A model generated the notes under the pieces. That model did no database searches, was not told the origin of the DNA, and worked only from the letters and a program-made list of their open reading frames with translations. Shown piece by piece: positions 1-12,879 of a DNA stretch of 64,000 nucleotides. Made by a program: the position numbers and the translations under genes. The stretch is taken from NCBI RefSeq assembly GCF_009834535.1, contig NC_045697.1, forward strand, positions 51,276,001-51,340,000, in the 5' to 3' direction. Source of the stretch: Camelus ferus. Taxonomy: Eukaryota. Position 1 is the stretch's first letter, and every line of letters starts with the position of its first letter.

Positions 1-2759
1 ATAAAATATCCAGCTAGTCAAAACAACATATCCAAGATAGTTTAGATGTAATTTAAATGGTCATACTTCGAATATTGGTAACTTTGATAGACTATTTCCT
101 TTAGGGAAGAATACATTTAATAAGGACATTCCTTTCCTTCTGTCTCTCCCTCCTCTTCATGAAAGTTATACATTTCATTTAAGGAAAATGTTTCATAACA
201 TTTATGTGAATTTCTTATTCAGATCATTTTTAATGTTCTGGAACTTGGCTGTGATTCAAAATGAATTTTTTTCCTGTAGAAATAATATAATAAAAATGAT
301 TATGTTTCAATGGGAAATGCATTTTAGTTTTTCACCTGAATTACCTCAACTAAGGGCATGTTAAAGAGGTATATGCCCATAACTTAGTTTACATTTGAAT
401 AAAAGGTTACTTTTTTTTTTTTTTAATAAGGCTGCATCTGCTTATATATCTCTCTCTGCTTGTTCTGTAATACAGCACAAGAATCTTTCCAGCTGGGAAA
501 AGAAGAACTGGTGTTAAAGGAGGAAATTCTCTACTACTTCCTCTTCTAAACTCTTGTGGCTCTTTTTCTTTCCCTCTCATTATCTTATGCACTTTCTACC
601 CTGTATTATTGTTATTTGTGCACACACCTTGGCTCTTGCATTAAAGAAACAAGTTCCTTGATAGTAGGGTTAATTTTACACCTCTCATAGTAATAAATTT
701 CAGTATCTACTGCACAAAGACTGTTTGCATTAAAATTGTTTAAGAAATCAGTGAAGATACAGCATTTTTCCCTACCTGCTACCTAATATTTGACTTGTTT
801 TGTAACTACAATGTGTACCTTTATTTTATTTTTTGTAACTACCTCTCCCTTCTCCAGATACACTACAAACTTTTAGAATCTGAAAGGGAAGTTTTCCCCA
901 AACCATCTTTTATTTATTCAAGAATTATTTGAGTCCTGACAACGTGATGGGTATAGTTCTAGTTGCTGGATATGTATCAGTGCACCAAGCAAAGTCCCTA
1001 TTTCCTTGGAGTTCAGAAAGGCAATAAATATGTATAATAATAAGTCATGTGATAAATTTATTTCTAAAATTACACAGAATAAACATATAGATGGAGATAA
1101 CTGAGAGACTTGCTTAGATCTCACAGCTAAGCAGATGAAGCAATAGTGGTACTTAGGTCTTTAGATTCTAACAGTATCTTTGAAATTAGTTTCTTCATTA
1201 ATCTTAAACTGGGGGGTGGGAGAAGATAGCCATTCCTATTTTCTTTCATCCTAATACCTTTAAAAAAATCTGTATATATACAATCTTATAGTCATTTGAA
1301 TCTGTTTTTTAAGTTATCAATTTTTCAGAAAGTAAGAATTGTGTACTTTAAAAATCAACAAAAGAATTTTCATGGAGAAATTTTAAATCAATAAGAAAAC
1401 ATTTTTTTGTGTTTAATATCCCTAATGAAAAGATTGAGATGCATTTTTCTTAGTAAATTTTCACCAAGCTTAGTTAAGATACAATGTGGCATAAGGAGAC
1501 TTTTTGGCAGAAAATCACTTTTGATTGAAATTTAATACTTTCTATGATCTAACTTGTAACTTTCTGACTTTTCCTATAGTAAACCCTCTATTTTAGCATA
1601 TAGAAATTTTATGCTTGTCTACATGCCTTCTCCCTTTCTGATACACAAATAAGTTATTTTGGTCAAAATTTTTTCATATAATTCTTTCTGCATGCATCAT
1701 CTCCTTTGAGCAACTTTAGTAAGTCTGATCTGTACTTTTGCACTGTTCTTTGATACCTTTTGTTTTCTAAAACTAATCTGAAATATTTTTCATTTGTTCA
1801 TTTTACCTATGTTTATTTTTCCATGATTATTTCCTCTTTTTTTTTCTTTTGTCTTCTCTCACTGGATTGAAAAGTTGTAGATATTTTAACAGAGAAAATT
1901 TCATTAGGAAGCAACTTTTTCTCTAGAAAAACTCATCTTCTCGACCATGGTTTAAGATAAGAAGACAATTTTTTACCATGCTATAATTTTGAATCACATA
2001 TTGCTATGACCAAACCATGCCCCAAAGTCCACTTCCTAGTGTAACATTTATGTTTTCACTATTGCCTTTCAAAATAAAGTTTAAAAAAATTATTGTTTTT
2101 TTCTTAACTCCCTCTCCTCATAACAATAGTTACAGACTTGGTAAAGTTAATATACTGCAAAGTTTTTGAAAATTTTTAAATATTTAAGGAGATTATTTTT
2201 GGAGTATTCTGTGTCTAATTGTATTTGAAATATTAGAAATCTGAAAGGTTATTTCATATTAATCTGCATTAGTTTAATGGAAATTTATAAAGAAACATAT
2301 TATTTCCCTGTAAATTAAAATTTAGTATTAAATATGTATTGGTTAAATATAGGATTTATGCCTGGTTACTAGATAGATGTATTCAGAGATGGAGTTTCTG
2401 ATACTATGTTGGTTAAGAATTTATTCTTTAAATTTTTTTCCTATTTCTGATATCTGGATATTAGGCATGAGTGTAATTGTGTTCTAGGTTATTAATAACG
2501 TATCTGTTTCAGTTATTATAGTGTTAGAAGTACCATAGATTTGTGAAATAAATTTCTTTTGATATGTTAAATAGTGATATTGTATGTTATAATTATCAAC
2601 CATTTATCAGCAAATAGGAAGGAATTGTATTTTAGTATCTATCTGTAAGAAGCACTATGACAAGGGATATCAAAATAAAACTTTTCCCCATGTCTTATGA
2701 GTTGCTGTTTTCTAATTCTTTATATTTCTTTTAATTCAATCTGGTATATGTTGTTATAT

Positions 2760-3420
2760 CAGTGATTCTCAGTGTTTGGTCTGTAGCTGTCTCAAGTTCC
2801 CAGAGACAATTTGAGGATGTTCAAGCGGTCAAAACTATTTTTATCACAATATTAATATGTTATTTGCCTTTTTACTGTGTTGGTATTTGCACTGATGATA
2901 CAAAAGCAATGGTAGGTAAAACTGCTATCCCCTTAATCAAGGTTGTTGCACCAAATTTTACTAGTATCATTGTATTCATCCATATACTCACTGCCATATA
3001 CTCACTGTTTAAAAAAAATAAAATTAAAAGTCAGTTTCCCCTTAAGAATGATCTTATTAGAGCAATAAATATTAATTTTATGAAGTCTCTGCCTTCGAAT
3101 ACATGTCTTTTTAATGCTACTGTGTATGACAAAATGGGGAGTACACATAAAGCACTTTGAAAATGAAAGTATGGTGGTGTTGGAGGGAAGAGCACTTGGG
3201 CTTTTTTGAGATGTGACATGAATTTGACACTTTTTTTTTTTCCCATGAAATGCCATTTCTGCTGGAAAATATAACTGACGGAAACACTGTGCCTGTCAAA
3301 CTTGGGCATGTGGCATTCTCAAAAATGATTGAAGTAAGCCTGTCACTTTTAGGAAAACAATCAACAGTATTTGTTACCAGGGATAAAATTAAGCTTTCAA
3401 GCACAAATCAAAAATTTTTT
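2760..3420 (+). mobile_element. Charlie1(a)-like hAT DNA transposon fossil with decayed transposase
   Basis: Starts CAGTGATTCTCA (Charlie-type end). ORFs 2762..3160 and 3250..3489 retain CVGICTDDTKAMVGKTA, DKMGSTHKAL and FSKMIEVSLSLLGKQSTVFV, resembling recalled Charlie/Buster transposase motifs, and are broken by stops/frameshifts. Confidence 0.85.
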
Positions 3421-4404
3421 TTCAGATCTCACAGAACTTTAATCATTGAACGAACTATTTACAGCAGTTACAATATTGGGATATTCTGATCCAGTTTTGA
3501 GGCTATAAACTCTATTGTGGAAGTGAACTCTAAATTTGAATTGAGCTGTTATCCCTAGAGTACTTTGTTCTGTTAATCAGTGTATTGGATCAATAAGTGA
3601 TAAAGCATTTTGAATAGGTGATCTAAATTTTAATCACTTGGAGCTTCTTTTATTCACCTAGGCTACCATAACCAAAATTGCTAACCTATTAAAAGCTGTG
3701 TTATCCCTTAAGATTCAGTTATTTATTTTATAGATTAAATACTTAAAGCACCATAGGATCTTCCCATCTTATATTGCTCCCACCTCTTCATGGAAGGTCA
3801 CAAATTAGAATTTTGGAAATTGCATTTGCCTGGGCTTCACAGCTTTCCAGTACTTAAGAACTTTTGTAATGAAAACATTAGCGATATTAATGATGTGATT
3901 TTTGATACTGTAGTTTAATTTCTAATATGATAAATATTAATAAAGGTAATCCTTATTTGAAGTCCTTGGGAGCAGCACAGCACTTTATAGTTGTATAAAG
4001 GTGTCCTAGGAACAAAAGATTTAAAAATGGCTGATTAGGTCCTCTACCAAAGTGTCAAAGGTTTCGTGTCTAAGCATTAACCTTGTAACCTCTCTCATCC
4101 ACTACCCTTGCCCCATGAAATTAAAATAGGAAAGAATACATATGATTTCAGTAAGAAAAAAAAATTAGACTACATATAATATGAATAATACATTCTTAAA
4201 TTATTCTATAAATGTAATTTTCTCCCTTAAACAATGGGCTTATATATCCTATTGAAATGATTAAGTATTGTGTTGTATTTATCATTGATATTTACGTTAA
4301 ATATTTTTCTCCCCTGTTCCTTTTTCTTCTGTTTATTTCTCTTCCCACTTTCCATCTTTCCTTTCATTCCTCCCTTCCTTCCTTGTTTTGTATTTGTTTT
4401 CTAG

Positions 4405-4558
4405 GTGGAGTCTTTCATTTTGGATCAGGATGATTTGGAAAATCCAATGCTGGAAACGGCTTCCAAGTTACTCTTGTCAGGTACTGCTGATGGTGCAGAC
4501 CTCAGGACAGTAGACCCAGAAACACAAGCTAGACTGGAAGCTTTACTAGAAGCTGCAG
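4405..4558 (+). CDS. ANKRD17: ANKRD17 exon 2 (154 nt): VESFILDQDD...LEALLEAA(G)
   Basis: Acceptor ttttctag|GTG, donor GCAG|gtaagt; matches ORF 4405..4668. Confidence 0.95.
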
Positions 4559-4799
4559 GTAAGTCTGCAAGCTCTACATACGTAATAAACCTACCTGATT
4601 TTCCAAAGTTACACATAAATGCAATTAAAAACTCCTGTTATTATAAATGTATGATCTTGGATTTTTAGTATAAGACTGTTCGTAAAGGTTAATAGATACT
4701 TTCTAGAAAATTACAGAGAACATTTCATTAAAGCATATTTTCATTACCAGAATAAAATCTGCATATTGTTGTCGACCTTATAAACATGGACTTCTTATA

Positions 4800-5455
4800 C
4801 AGTTAGTTTTCATCAGTCCTAAATTCTATTTTTGCAAATTCACCTACTTGATAAAATTTATTTATACCCCCAGATGTGTACTTACAACACTTTCTAAATC
4901 TTTCATAAAAATGCACAGAATGATGGAAATTTTGAGTTGTTGTACGTGCATGTTTTCTACTCTGGTGGAATAAGGTGATGCTCTCTGCCTTTTTGTGGTA
5001 GCTCTCATACTGTAAACAAGTGTCCTTTTCATGATCTACTTAGTACCACTTTTTCCACTTTTTGGTGCCTTTTTTTAGGTGATTTCACTGTTCAAAATGG
5101 CCCTCAGGTATAATGCTGAAGTGCTACCTAGTGTTCCTAAATGTGAGAAGGCTGTGTGGTGTGCCTTGTGGAGAAAATCCATGTATTGAATAAGCTGCTT
5201 TGGCATGAGTTAAAGTGCTGTTGGCAGTGAATTCAATGTTAATGAATCAATGATATACTAAATAAGATTATTTTTAAACAAAAACACACATAAAACAAGC
5301 TTATGTATTGACTGGTTGATGCAAAATGCTGTGGCCAGAAGTTCACAGGCACCTAGTCCTGTTTTTCCCCTTAGAGCAATGGTTAAGTATTCTTTAATTC
5401 AGTATTCTCAGTGACTTTACAGAACATAACTACCATGAATAATAAGAGTTGATTG
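4800..5455 (-). mobile_element. MER82 (TcMar-Tigger) near full-length
   Basis: TA flanks at both ends (TA|CAGTT ... GATTG|TA); interior matches the reverse complement of the recalled MER82 consensus (e.g. ctcatactgtaaacaagtgtccttttc, ttcaatgttaatgaatcaa). Confidence 0.85.
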
Positions 5456-6359
5456 TATATAATTGCCCCACTTTTTTGTCATAGACTGTCTCTTAAAACC
5501 TTGTAAAGTGGGTTATCATTATATTGTCTTAATAGGAGTACTGTTTTAATTAGAGTTTATGTACGTAATCAGATTTAGTACCATAATATATAACATGCCT
5601 TAAAAATAAGGGAATAGTAACTAAATCTCCATAATCATTTAAAATTACCATATTTTCTTAACTTTTCTGAAGTACACATAAATATATGGTGAACATTAAT
5701 TGTTCATGGCTTGAGCACCCTGAACTAGTGCTAAATATTATTGTACACATGTAAATTGATATTTTATTATAGCATAAAACTGACCTACTGCTGTTTGGTA
5801 ATCCTGTCAATAAAAATAACATAGTATTTAATATTTGAAGAACTCATAGTTAAATTTGATTTCTGTCCTGGGAAAAATTCTAGAATGGATTATTAAAGGG
5901 ATCTTGACCAAATGCAGGTGAAAATATAGTAGGGACACATGCAAGATTCTGTCCTTGAATATAGGAAACTGTTTGAAATAGTAGTGATATAATTTAGTTT
6001 TTGCCTAAAATTTGATATTGCTATAGAAGTTTACATGAGGGAAATGAGGATTGAGAAATTATTTGAAAACATGTCACAAGAGGAACAGGGGATGTTTCTC
6101 CTGAAGATGAGAAGACTCGAGTTGAATACAAGATGGTATTTGTTTTCTTTGGTGCTAAGAGGCAGAACCAGTGAAGATGCTACATGAAAGTAGATTTCAG
6201 CTTAAAGGAGCTACTTTTAGAGGTAGTGTTCCTTTTCATAGGATGCTAATAGTTGCTTCATTTCAGAATTTATTCCCATTTTTTGGTCTGTTTTCTTCAT
6301 AGTAGCTAGTAAGCCAGGCTCTCCCACCCCTTCTTTCTCTCTCACTTCTCTCCCTCCCT

Positions 6360-7340
6360 CTTTTATTTACTTTTTTAAATGAAAATTTTCACACACAAAC
6401 CTAGAGAGAATAGCACAATGAACCCTTGGCGTATCGATCATCCAGCTTCAACAGCTATTAATGTATGGACAGTTTTATTTCATCTTAACTCATTACCACC
6501 ATGCTGAAATTTTTTTTTAGAAAGAAATATAATACTGTTGCACATCCAAAGAAAGAAAATAATAGTAATTCTTTAATGCTGCCAAATCATCCTGTCAGTG
6601 TTGAGATTTCCCCAGTTGTTTCATAATGATCTTTTGTAATTGATTTGTTTGAATTAGGATCCAAACAAGTTTTATATAGTTTTGAAATTATTTTTCTTAA
6701 GTGTCTTTTAATTTTAACAGTTCCTTTTTGTTCTCTCTCTCTCTCTTTTTTTTTTTAACATATTTGTTGAAGAAACTGAGTCATTTGTCCCATTTTATGG
6801 ACTTTGCTAGTTGCACCTCTGTATGTTGTATTTCCTGTAAATCAGTATTCAGATTCAAATATCTGACCAGATTCAACTTCATTTTGTTTTTGGCAAGAAT
6901 ATTTATTCATGGATAAATATTTCCTTGTGTACCACGTAGGTGCTCTCGTTGTTTCTCTTTTTGTGATATTGCAATTGATCATGGCTTAGGTGTCTCCGAA
7001 AAGGATGTAGAGGTTTTGGAGACCTTGTCTGAAAATGCCTTTTGTACTGTCCTCATACCTGATAGTTTGACTAGTTATAGAATTCTAGTTTAAAAATCGC
7101 TTTATTTCAGACTTTTAAAGTTACTGCTCCTTGTCTCCTGGTTTTGTGGTTCAAAAATTTGACACTAACCTTATTTCTGATATCCTGTCTCTGTTACTGT
7201 TCTTTACTCATCTTCCTTTGTAGTGTAAGAATTTTTGGCATTTTAAAATTTTGCTTTCATTTTGAGAATTTTTTGGCTGTCTTTCACATTTAATACATTC
7301 TTCAGATGTCTGTTGAACACTAAGTTTTATTTGTAGTCAA
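6360..7340 (-). mobile_element. Old L1M (L1MC/ME-type) fragments, approximate
   Basis: Typical antisense L1M 3'-end text (gagagaatagcacaatgaaccc...catccagcttcaaca); degraded. Confidence 0.55.
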
Positions 7341-7429
7341 TAGCAATGCCTTTAAAAACTAAATTGGAAGATAACGTGTGTTTTGTCAACTGGTGGATTT
7401 CACCATAAAGTATTTATTATATATTATAT

Positions 7430-8043
7430 AATTAGTTTTCTATTACAGCATAGCAATTTATTATAAGCAAAACAGTATTATACAACACTCATTTACTGTC
7501 TCTTAGTTTCTGTAGATAAGACATCTGGTCATGTAGTGTGGCTAGATTCACTTGTTCAGGGTCTCATGGGCTGAAATCAAGGTGTTAGCTAAGCTGAGTT
7601 TTCATCTATAGGCTGTGGGAGAAAATCCGCTCCAAGTTTATTATTGCTGGTAACAGAATTCAGTTCCTTAGAATTGTAGGACTGAGATCCTGATTTCCGT
7701 ACGGACTGTCAGCTGGGGCTGCTCTCATATCTTTGAGGTTGCCCACATTCTTTGACATGTGGCTCCTCCCTCTTCATATCAGCATCCCGTGTGGAATCCT
7801 TGTGCTTTGAATCACTGGCTTCCTTTTCTCCAGTCAGCCAAAGAAATCTCTTTACACTTCCTGGGCTCATGTGATAAGGTCAGGCCCACCTAGATAATCT
7901 TCCTGTCTTCAGGTCAACTGTGCCATATAACATAACCTAATCATGGGGATAAAATCTATCAAACATACAGTTGCAGAGACTATACAGAGTGTGCACACCA
8001 GAGCTGGCTAATGTTGGGAACATTTTAGAATTCCTAGTATATC
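7430..8043 (-). mobile_element. MLT1-family (MaLR) solo LTR, approximate
   Basis: Motifs ggctgaaatcaaggtgttag, cagaattcagttcctt, ggctcatgtgat...ggcccacctagataatct, typical of MLT1D/E. Confidence 0.75.
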
Positions 8044-9645
8044 AGTGATTGGACAGAAACCCCTCCATTTCTTTGAGGGCCCCCAAATGTCAATATCTTT
8101 AAGTCTTTTCTCTGTGGCTGTTCAGTTTCTGAAGAGACACAAATACCTGTTTTTGTCTAGTCAATTATCAACCTGGCTGCCAGCTTTTTGGGAGCTGAGA
8201 GTAGAAAGGGGGCTAAGGATGTCACTGTTTATCATGCATATGTTAACTTAATCCTAGTTTTCAATTTAGTATCATCTCTGCCTCATCTATACGCAATGTC
8301 TCTTAGCCCAGGGCCTTTCTGGATAGGTTCTATAGAGAGTAGTCATTTGGCTGTGAAGTTTGCGGATGGAGTCTTCAGTGTCTAACTGCTCCTTGCAGGT
8401 GTTCAGCCAGTCTCTATTTTCCAACCCAAGCCTCACCCCTGAACCTGGAACCATATATAACTCCTGAGTCCTGTTGGGCCTATCACCTTGTCTCTCTTTG
8501 ATATCTATGTTTCTGTTTATTCTGTTCTGCTAAGTCAGGTGCATCTCCTCTTTACTATGTCTTCACAAATATTAGCTTGGATTTACAAATTTCTTCTAGT
8601 TTTATCAAAGATGGAGTTCCTGCTATATTTTAGTTCTCCTTTGAGTAAATTCTAAGAAGAAAAAGGGGAAAAATAATTATCTTTAAATGATCTTGGAATC
8701 AGAAATCTAGATAATCTTTTAATGCACCTTTTCTCTGAACTTATGTGGTTCTGTTGTTTAACTGATTAAATGTCATAACTTGGAAAGAATAATCTGGTCA
8801 TCACATATCTTTTCTATTATTTATTTGACCTTCACTGATTGGATAAGACCAGTAAAAAAAGGATCACCATAATCCAGAGTAGCTAGAAGAAATTAATTTT
8901 CAATCACTGTTTATTCATTTGAAAGATTACTAAGTGTTTCTTAAGCTACTTCCTAGTTATTTTTACTAAAATCGTTTTTACTTATGAAGATATGAAAAGT
9001 TCTTAAAATTTTAATATGAAATACTGTTTTCAATGTTCTTTTTCTTTCTAAAACAGGAATTACGTTCTACTGATCCATATGTATCCTCTTGTCTAATTCT
9101 ATTTCTGTCACTGACAAATAGTTATTATATAGCCAATCTGAGTTGGCTAAAATATTGGAGCTAATTCTCTGATGTGAAAATGTATTTGTCATTTTCGGCT
9201 CAATAATGTTAGCGTACTTAACTAACCACAGTTATCTCATTGAGTAAATAATACTATAGCAGATTCAGACTACAGTTAACTTTTATTATTAGTGACACAA
9301 ATTATATAGTAGGTATTAGTCTAATGAGACCAAGACTGTTTTTTATCCTTTTACATCTTGATTGTAGCAGACACTAAATTTGACTGCTCTGAACATTTGT
9401 TATACCTAAAATCAGAAAGTCATCCTGCCAAATTTATTTTTGGTTCCATAACATGTAACATTTCATATCTTGGATTTTTCAGAAAGAAAAGCAAACACAT
9501 AGAAACTTTATTTTTATAAACTTAAAACACAAACTTATATGATATTATTAAGTCCTTCTGCTATTAAAAGAAATCTGTACAGATGTTAATTATCATAATT
9601 TGAGAGATCTTTTTGGTCTTAGTTAGTTTGTTTTAAAACCTGTAA

Positions 9646-9798
9646 TAGTGTTTCTTAAACTTTAATGTGCATTTGAATCATTTGGGGATCTTTTTTAAAA
9701 ATGCAGTAAATTTGGGGCCCTGAGATTCTACATTTCTAACAAACTCCCAAGTGACAGCAGTGCTTCTAGTTTATGAACCACATGTTGATTAGCAGGGT
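9646..9798. mobile_element. MER5A-like hAT-Charlie MITE
   Basis: agtgtttcttaaactttaatgtgcatttgaatca...ggccctgagattctacatttctaacaaactcccaagtga. Confidence 0.75.
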
Positions 9799-9840
9799 TC
9801 TGTAATATCCTATCATTAGATGTCCTATCTTCAAGTTAAA

Positions 9841-10005
9841 GCAAAGATTCTTAATCCTGGCTGTGCATCAGAATCTCCTTAGAGTCTTTAAAATGTGTAG
9901 ATATCTAGGCCTCACTTACTGAATTGCATCTTTAGGTATAGGAGCGCTCAGCCTCTCTATTTTTGAAAGTCTCCATTGATGGACAGACTGGATTAAGTAC
10001 CACTG
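9841..10005. mobile_element. Second MER5-family MITE
   Basis: ttcttaatcctggctgtgcatcagaatc...ttaagtaccactg. Confidence 0.6.
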
Positions 10006-10798
10006 AGTTAGAATAATAAAGGTTAGAGATAAGCTTGCTTTATAGTGATATCTAGAATAGCAGCAAGTTATGTTTCATGTTCATGGTAACTAACCATTTC
10101 TGCTTTTGAAATTTTTTTATTTTGCTATTCTGAATGTTTTTAAATACAGTGCTTTTAGATATGATTTTGGGTATATAATAAGTTGTAGTCATAATTTGAA
10201 GCAAATAGGTACTCATAGATAGGTTATCTTATATATAGCCTATAATGTCTTACCTGGCCATTTTTGGTTACAAGTGGTAGTAGCCCAACTAAACATTCTT
10301 AAATGAAAGTGAGCATTTGCCAAAAGTACACGGATGGCGCTGGCTTCTGGCACTGCTAGTGTCAGTGAGTCAAATATAACTGTCAGAACTGTACCCTTTC
10401 TATTTCTCTATTCTCTTCTGTGTTGACTTATTTTGGGTAGTCTTTTTCTTTTTGTGGTGATAAAAGTGGCAAAATACCTCATGACTCACATCTTAGCAAT
10501 TTAGCAACCCTCGAACATAGGTTCTTCTCACAAATGTATGGCAGAAGTCTGAGTGAGGACACTCAGTTGACCCATTTTAGAACCAGAGAATCACAGGGTC
10601 AAGCACTTATGGACCACATGGAAAGAATAAGATTATGAGAGAATTGTGAAACAGTCATTTCCCAAAAGATTATGACCAGATAATATGTATGTCCAGTGTT
10701 ATCATTTGAAGGTTAACATAAATTGAGTTAAGTAACTTGAATTTTGCTTTATTTCTCCCTTTGGGTATATCCAAATTGGTGTGAAAATAATATAATAG

Positions 10799-10955
10799 GA
10801 ATAGGCAAATTATCTACGGCTGATGGTAAAGCCTTTGCAGATCCTGAAGTGCTTCGGAGGTTGACATCATCTGTTAGTTGTGCGTTGGATGAAGCTGCTG
10901 CTGCGCTTACCCGTATGAGAGCTGAAAGCACAGCAAATGCAGGGCAGTCGGACAA
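10799..10955 (+). CDS. ANKRD17: ANKRD17 exon 3 (157 nt): (G)IGKLSTADGKAFADPEVLRR...AGQSD(N)
   Basis: Acceptor taatag|GA, donor ACAA|gtaagt; phase fits exons 2 and 4. Confidence 0.93.
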
Positions 10956-11009
10956 GTAAGTATATTTTCACTGTGATCAATAGAAAAACATTTTCTTAAA
11001 AATAATAAA

Positions 11010-11228
11010 AATAGCTAAGCATATATTTTGTGCCGGGTACTATACTAACGACTTTACATGTGATATCTTGTTTATACTCACAAAAAGCCTTAGCATGGAT
11101 TTTGTTTTTATTCCCATTTTACTAATGAAAAGCTGAAAAGAAGTAACTTAATCAAATAGGCGATAAGTAGCAGTGCTGGGACAGCAGTGTCTGTCTGACT
11201 ACAAGGCTGACGTCTTAGCCACTATGTT
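11010..11228 (-). mobile_element. MIR SINE
   Basis: tgtgccgggtactatactaa...attcccattttactaatgaaaagctga...gtctgactacaagg...cttagccactat. Confidence 0.7.
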
Positions 11229-11709
11229 ATAAAGGACTTTTTGCTTATTTAGGTTTTGTTTTCTTTAAAGGTTTAAGTGACAAAGAAGTAAATTACTTGT
11301 AATTAGTCATGGCATTTTCTAATTCATATGCATAGTTCTGACCATTTTAAAAGGCAAGGTTTTTATTTGTTTGTTTTATGAATGTTAAAAAAAAAGTCAT
11401 TGATCTAGTTTCCATAACTTGAATGTAATTGAGTTCCAGAGACTTTATTTTTGTATGTCCTACAATTCCTTTTATATAATAGTTTATGGTTAATAAGGGC
11501 TCAATAAATATTTTGTGACTTGACCTTTTAAGTTTTTCTGATGATGTTATGCAATAAAAATCACACCATCTCATATGTAAAACAGTTATGAATAGTATAG
11601 TGAAAAATATGCCAAGAAAGCAGCTGGAAAAGAATCATTAGTACATATTAATTTCTTCACTCCTCAGAGGCTTTTTTTTTCTCTAGCTAAAAAGAAGCCA
11701 TTTTATTTA

Positions 11710-11974
11710 CAGTTGACCCTTGAACAACACAGATCTGAACTGCGTAGGTCTACTTACACTCATTTTTTCACTAGTAAATATTTCATTGCTACACAGTCTG
11801 TGATTGGTTGAATCCATGGAGGCAGAAACACGGATATAGAGGAACCACAGATATGGAGGAACCCACATGTATGGAGGAACCCACATGTATGGAGGGCTGA
11901 CTAAGTTATTTGCAGATTTTCAATTGAATGGAATATGGATACCCTTTACCCTTGTGTTGTTCAAGGACCAAATG
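11710..11974 (+). mobile_element. Tigger2-derived MITE (Tigger2a-like), both TIRs present
   Basis: TA|CAGTTGACCCTTGAACAACAC ... GTGTTGTTCAAGGACCAAATG|TA; internal 18-bp tandem duplication ATGGAGGAACCCACATGT at 11853-11888. Confidence 0.85.
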
Positions 11975-12879
11975 TATTTTAGCAGTTGCTTTTAAATAGA
12001 AAATTGGAGTATTCTTTCATGTATGAGTTTACAGAATAAAAAATAGCTTTCAAAAATTGTCTTTTGTATAATTAATGTTTCTATATAACATTTTTAAGAC
12101 CATAAAAGAGAGGTTTATATCATTGCAGGAGTATGAATTTGCTGTTTCCTTTGGCTCTGTGTTCATCTTCATTCATCTGACTTTTTGTGTTTTTATGAAT
12201 TTATTTTACCATTCTTCTCATAGATTGACTCTCCTTTTAACTTCAGTTTTATTCCTTAGTTAAAGTTCAGTTTAACTAGCCTACAATATTATTGATATTC
12301 TCCAGATATTTTTTGATGTGGTGCCTTTTGAGACTGGCAAGAGAGAAAATCATAAACACCTTGAAGAGTATATTAAAGCTAGCTCAAGTGGGAAATAGAA
12401 TAAGAAAATAAAGATGATAGATTCTTTGGCATTGAAAATACTAGAGGTGATCAGCAAAACAGCAGAGTGTGTTTGTGAGTCATATTTGTTCAGCAAAACT
12501 TGAGAAACAACGGAGTACAGTGAGTGCTATGTGCCAGATTTTACATTAGTTAAGTGTGGTGCCATGTGCCAGATAAATTTTAACATAACCTTTTCTCACA
12601 AGTTCTGAAGTTCAGCTGTTGCTAGAGTAATTCCTGAAAGGATATTTTAAAGCTAATACATACAAGGAAATTGAATGAAAGTTCAAATGGAAAAATAGAG
12701 GAGGGTATGTGCCTGAGGGAGAGAGAGAATGAGAAAGCACTTGAAAGGGAGGAAAAGTATGTTCTTATATGGGAAATGTGGAAAGGATTTGTCCTAAACT
12801 TACTAAAAGGTGATAAAGAACAATGGGTCTAAAGACTATCAGTGCCTGTAAAATCGGCTATTAAGAGACAAAGTACTGA

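Noticed and set aside
1..4404. Promoter, CpG island or first exon
   Set aside because: Region is AT-rich and CpG-poor, and exon 2 begins at a splice acceptor, so this is the 3' part of intron 1.
11853..11895. Short direct repeats resembling an array (also 47543-47576)
   Set aside because: Only about two adjacent copies without unique spacers, one set inside a Tigger MITE; simple slippage, not CRISPR-like, and the DNA is mammalian.
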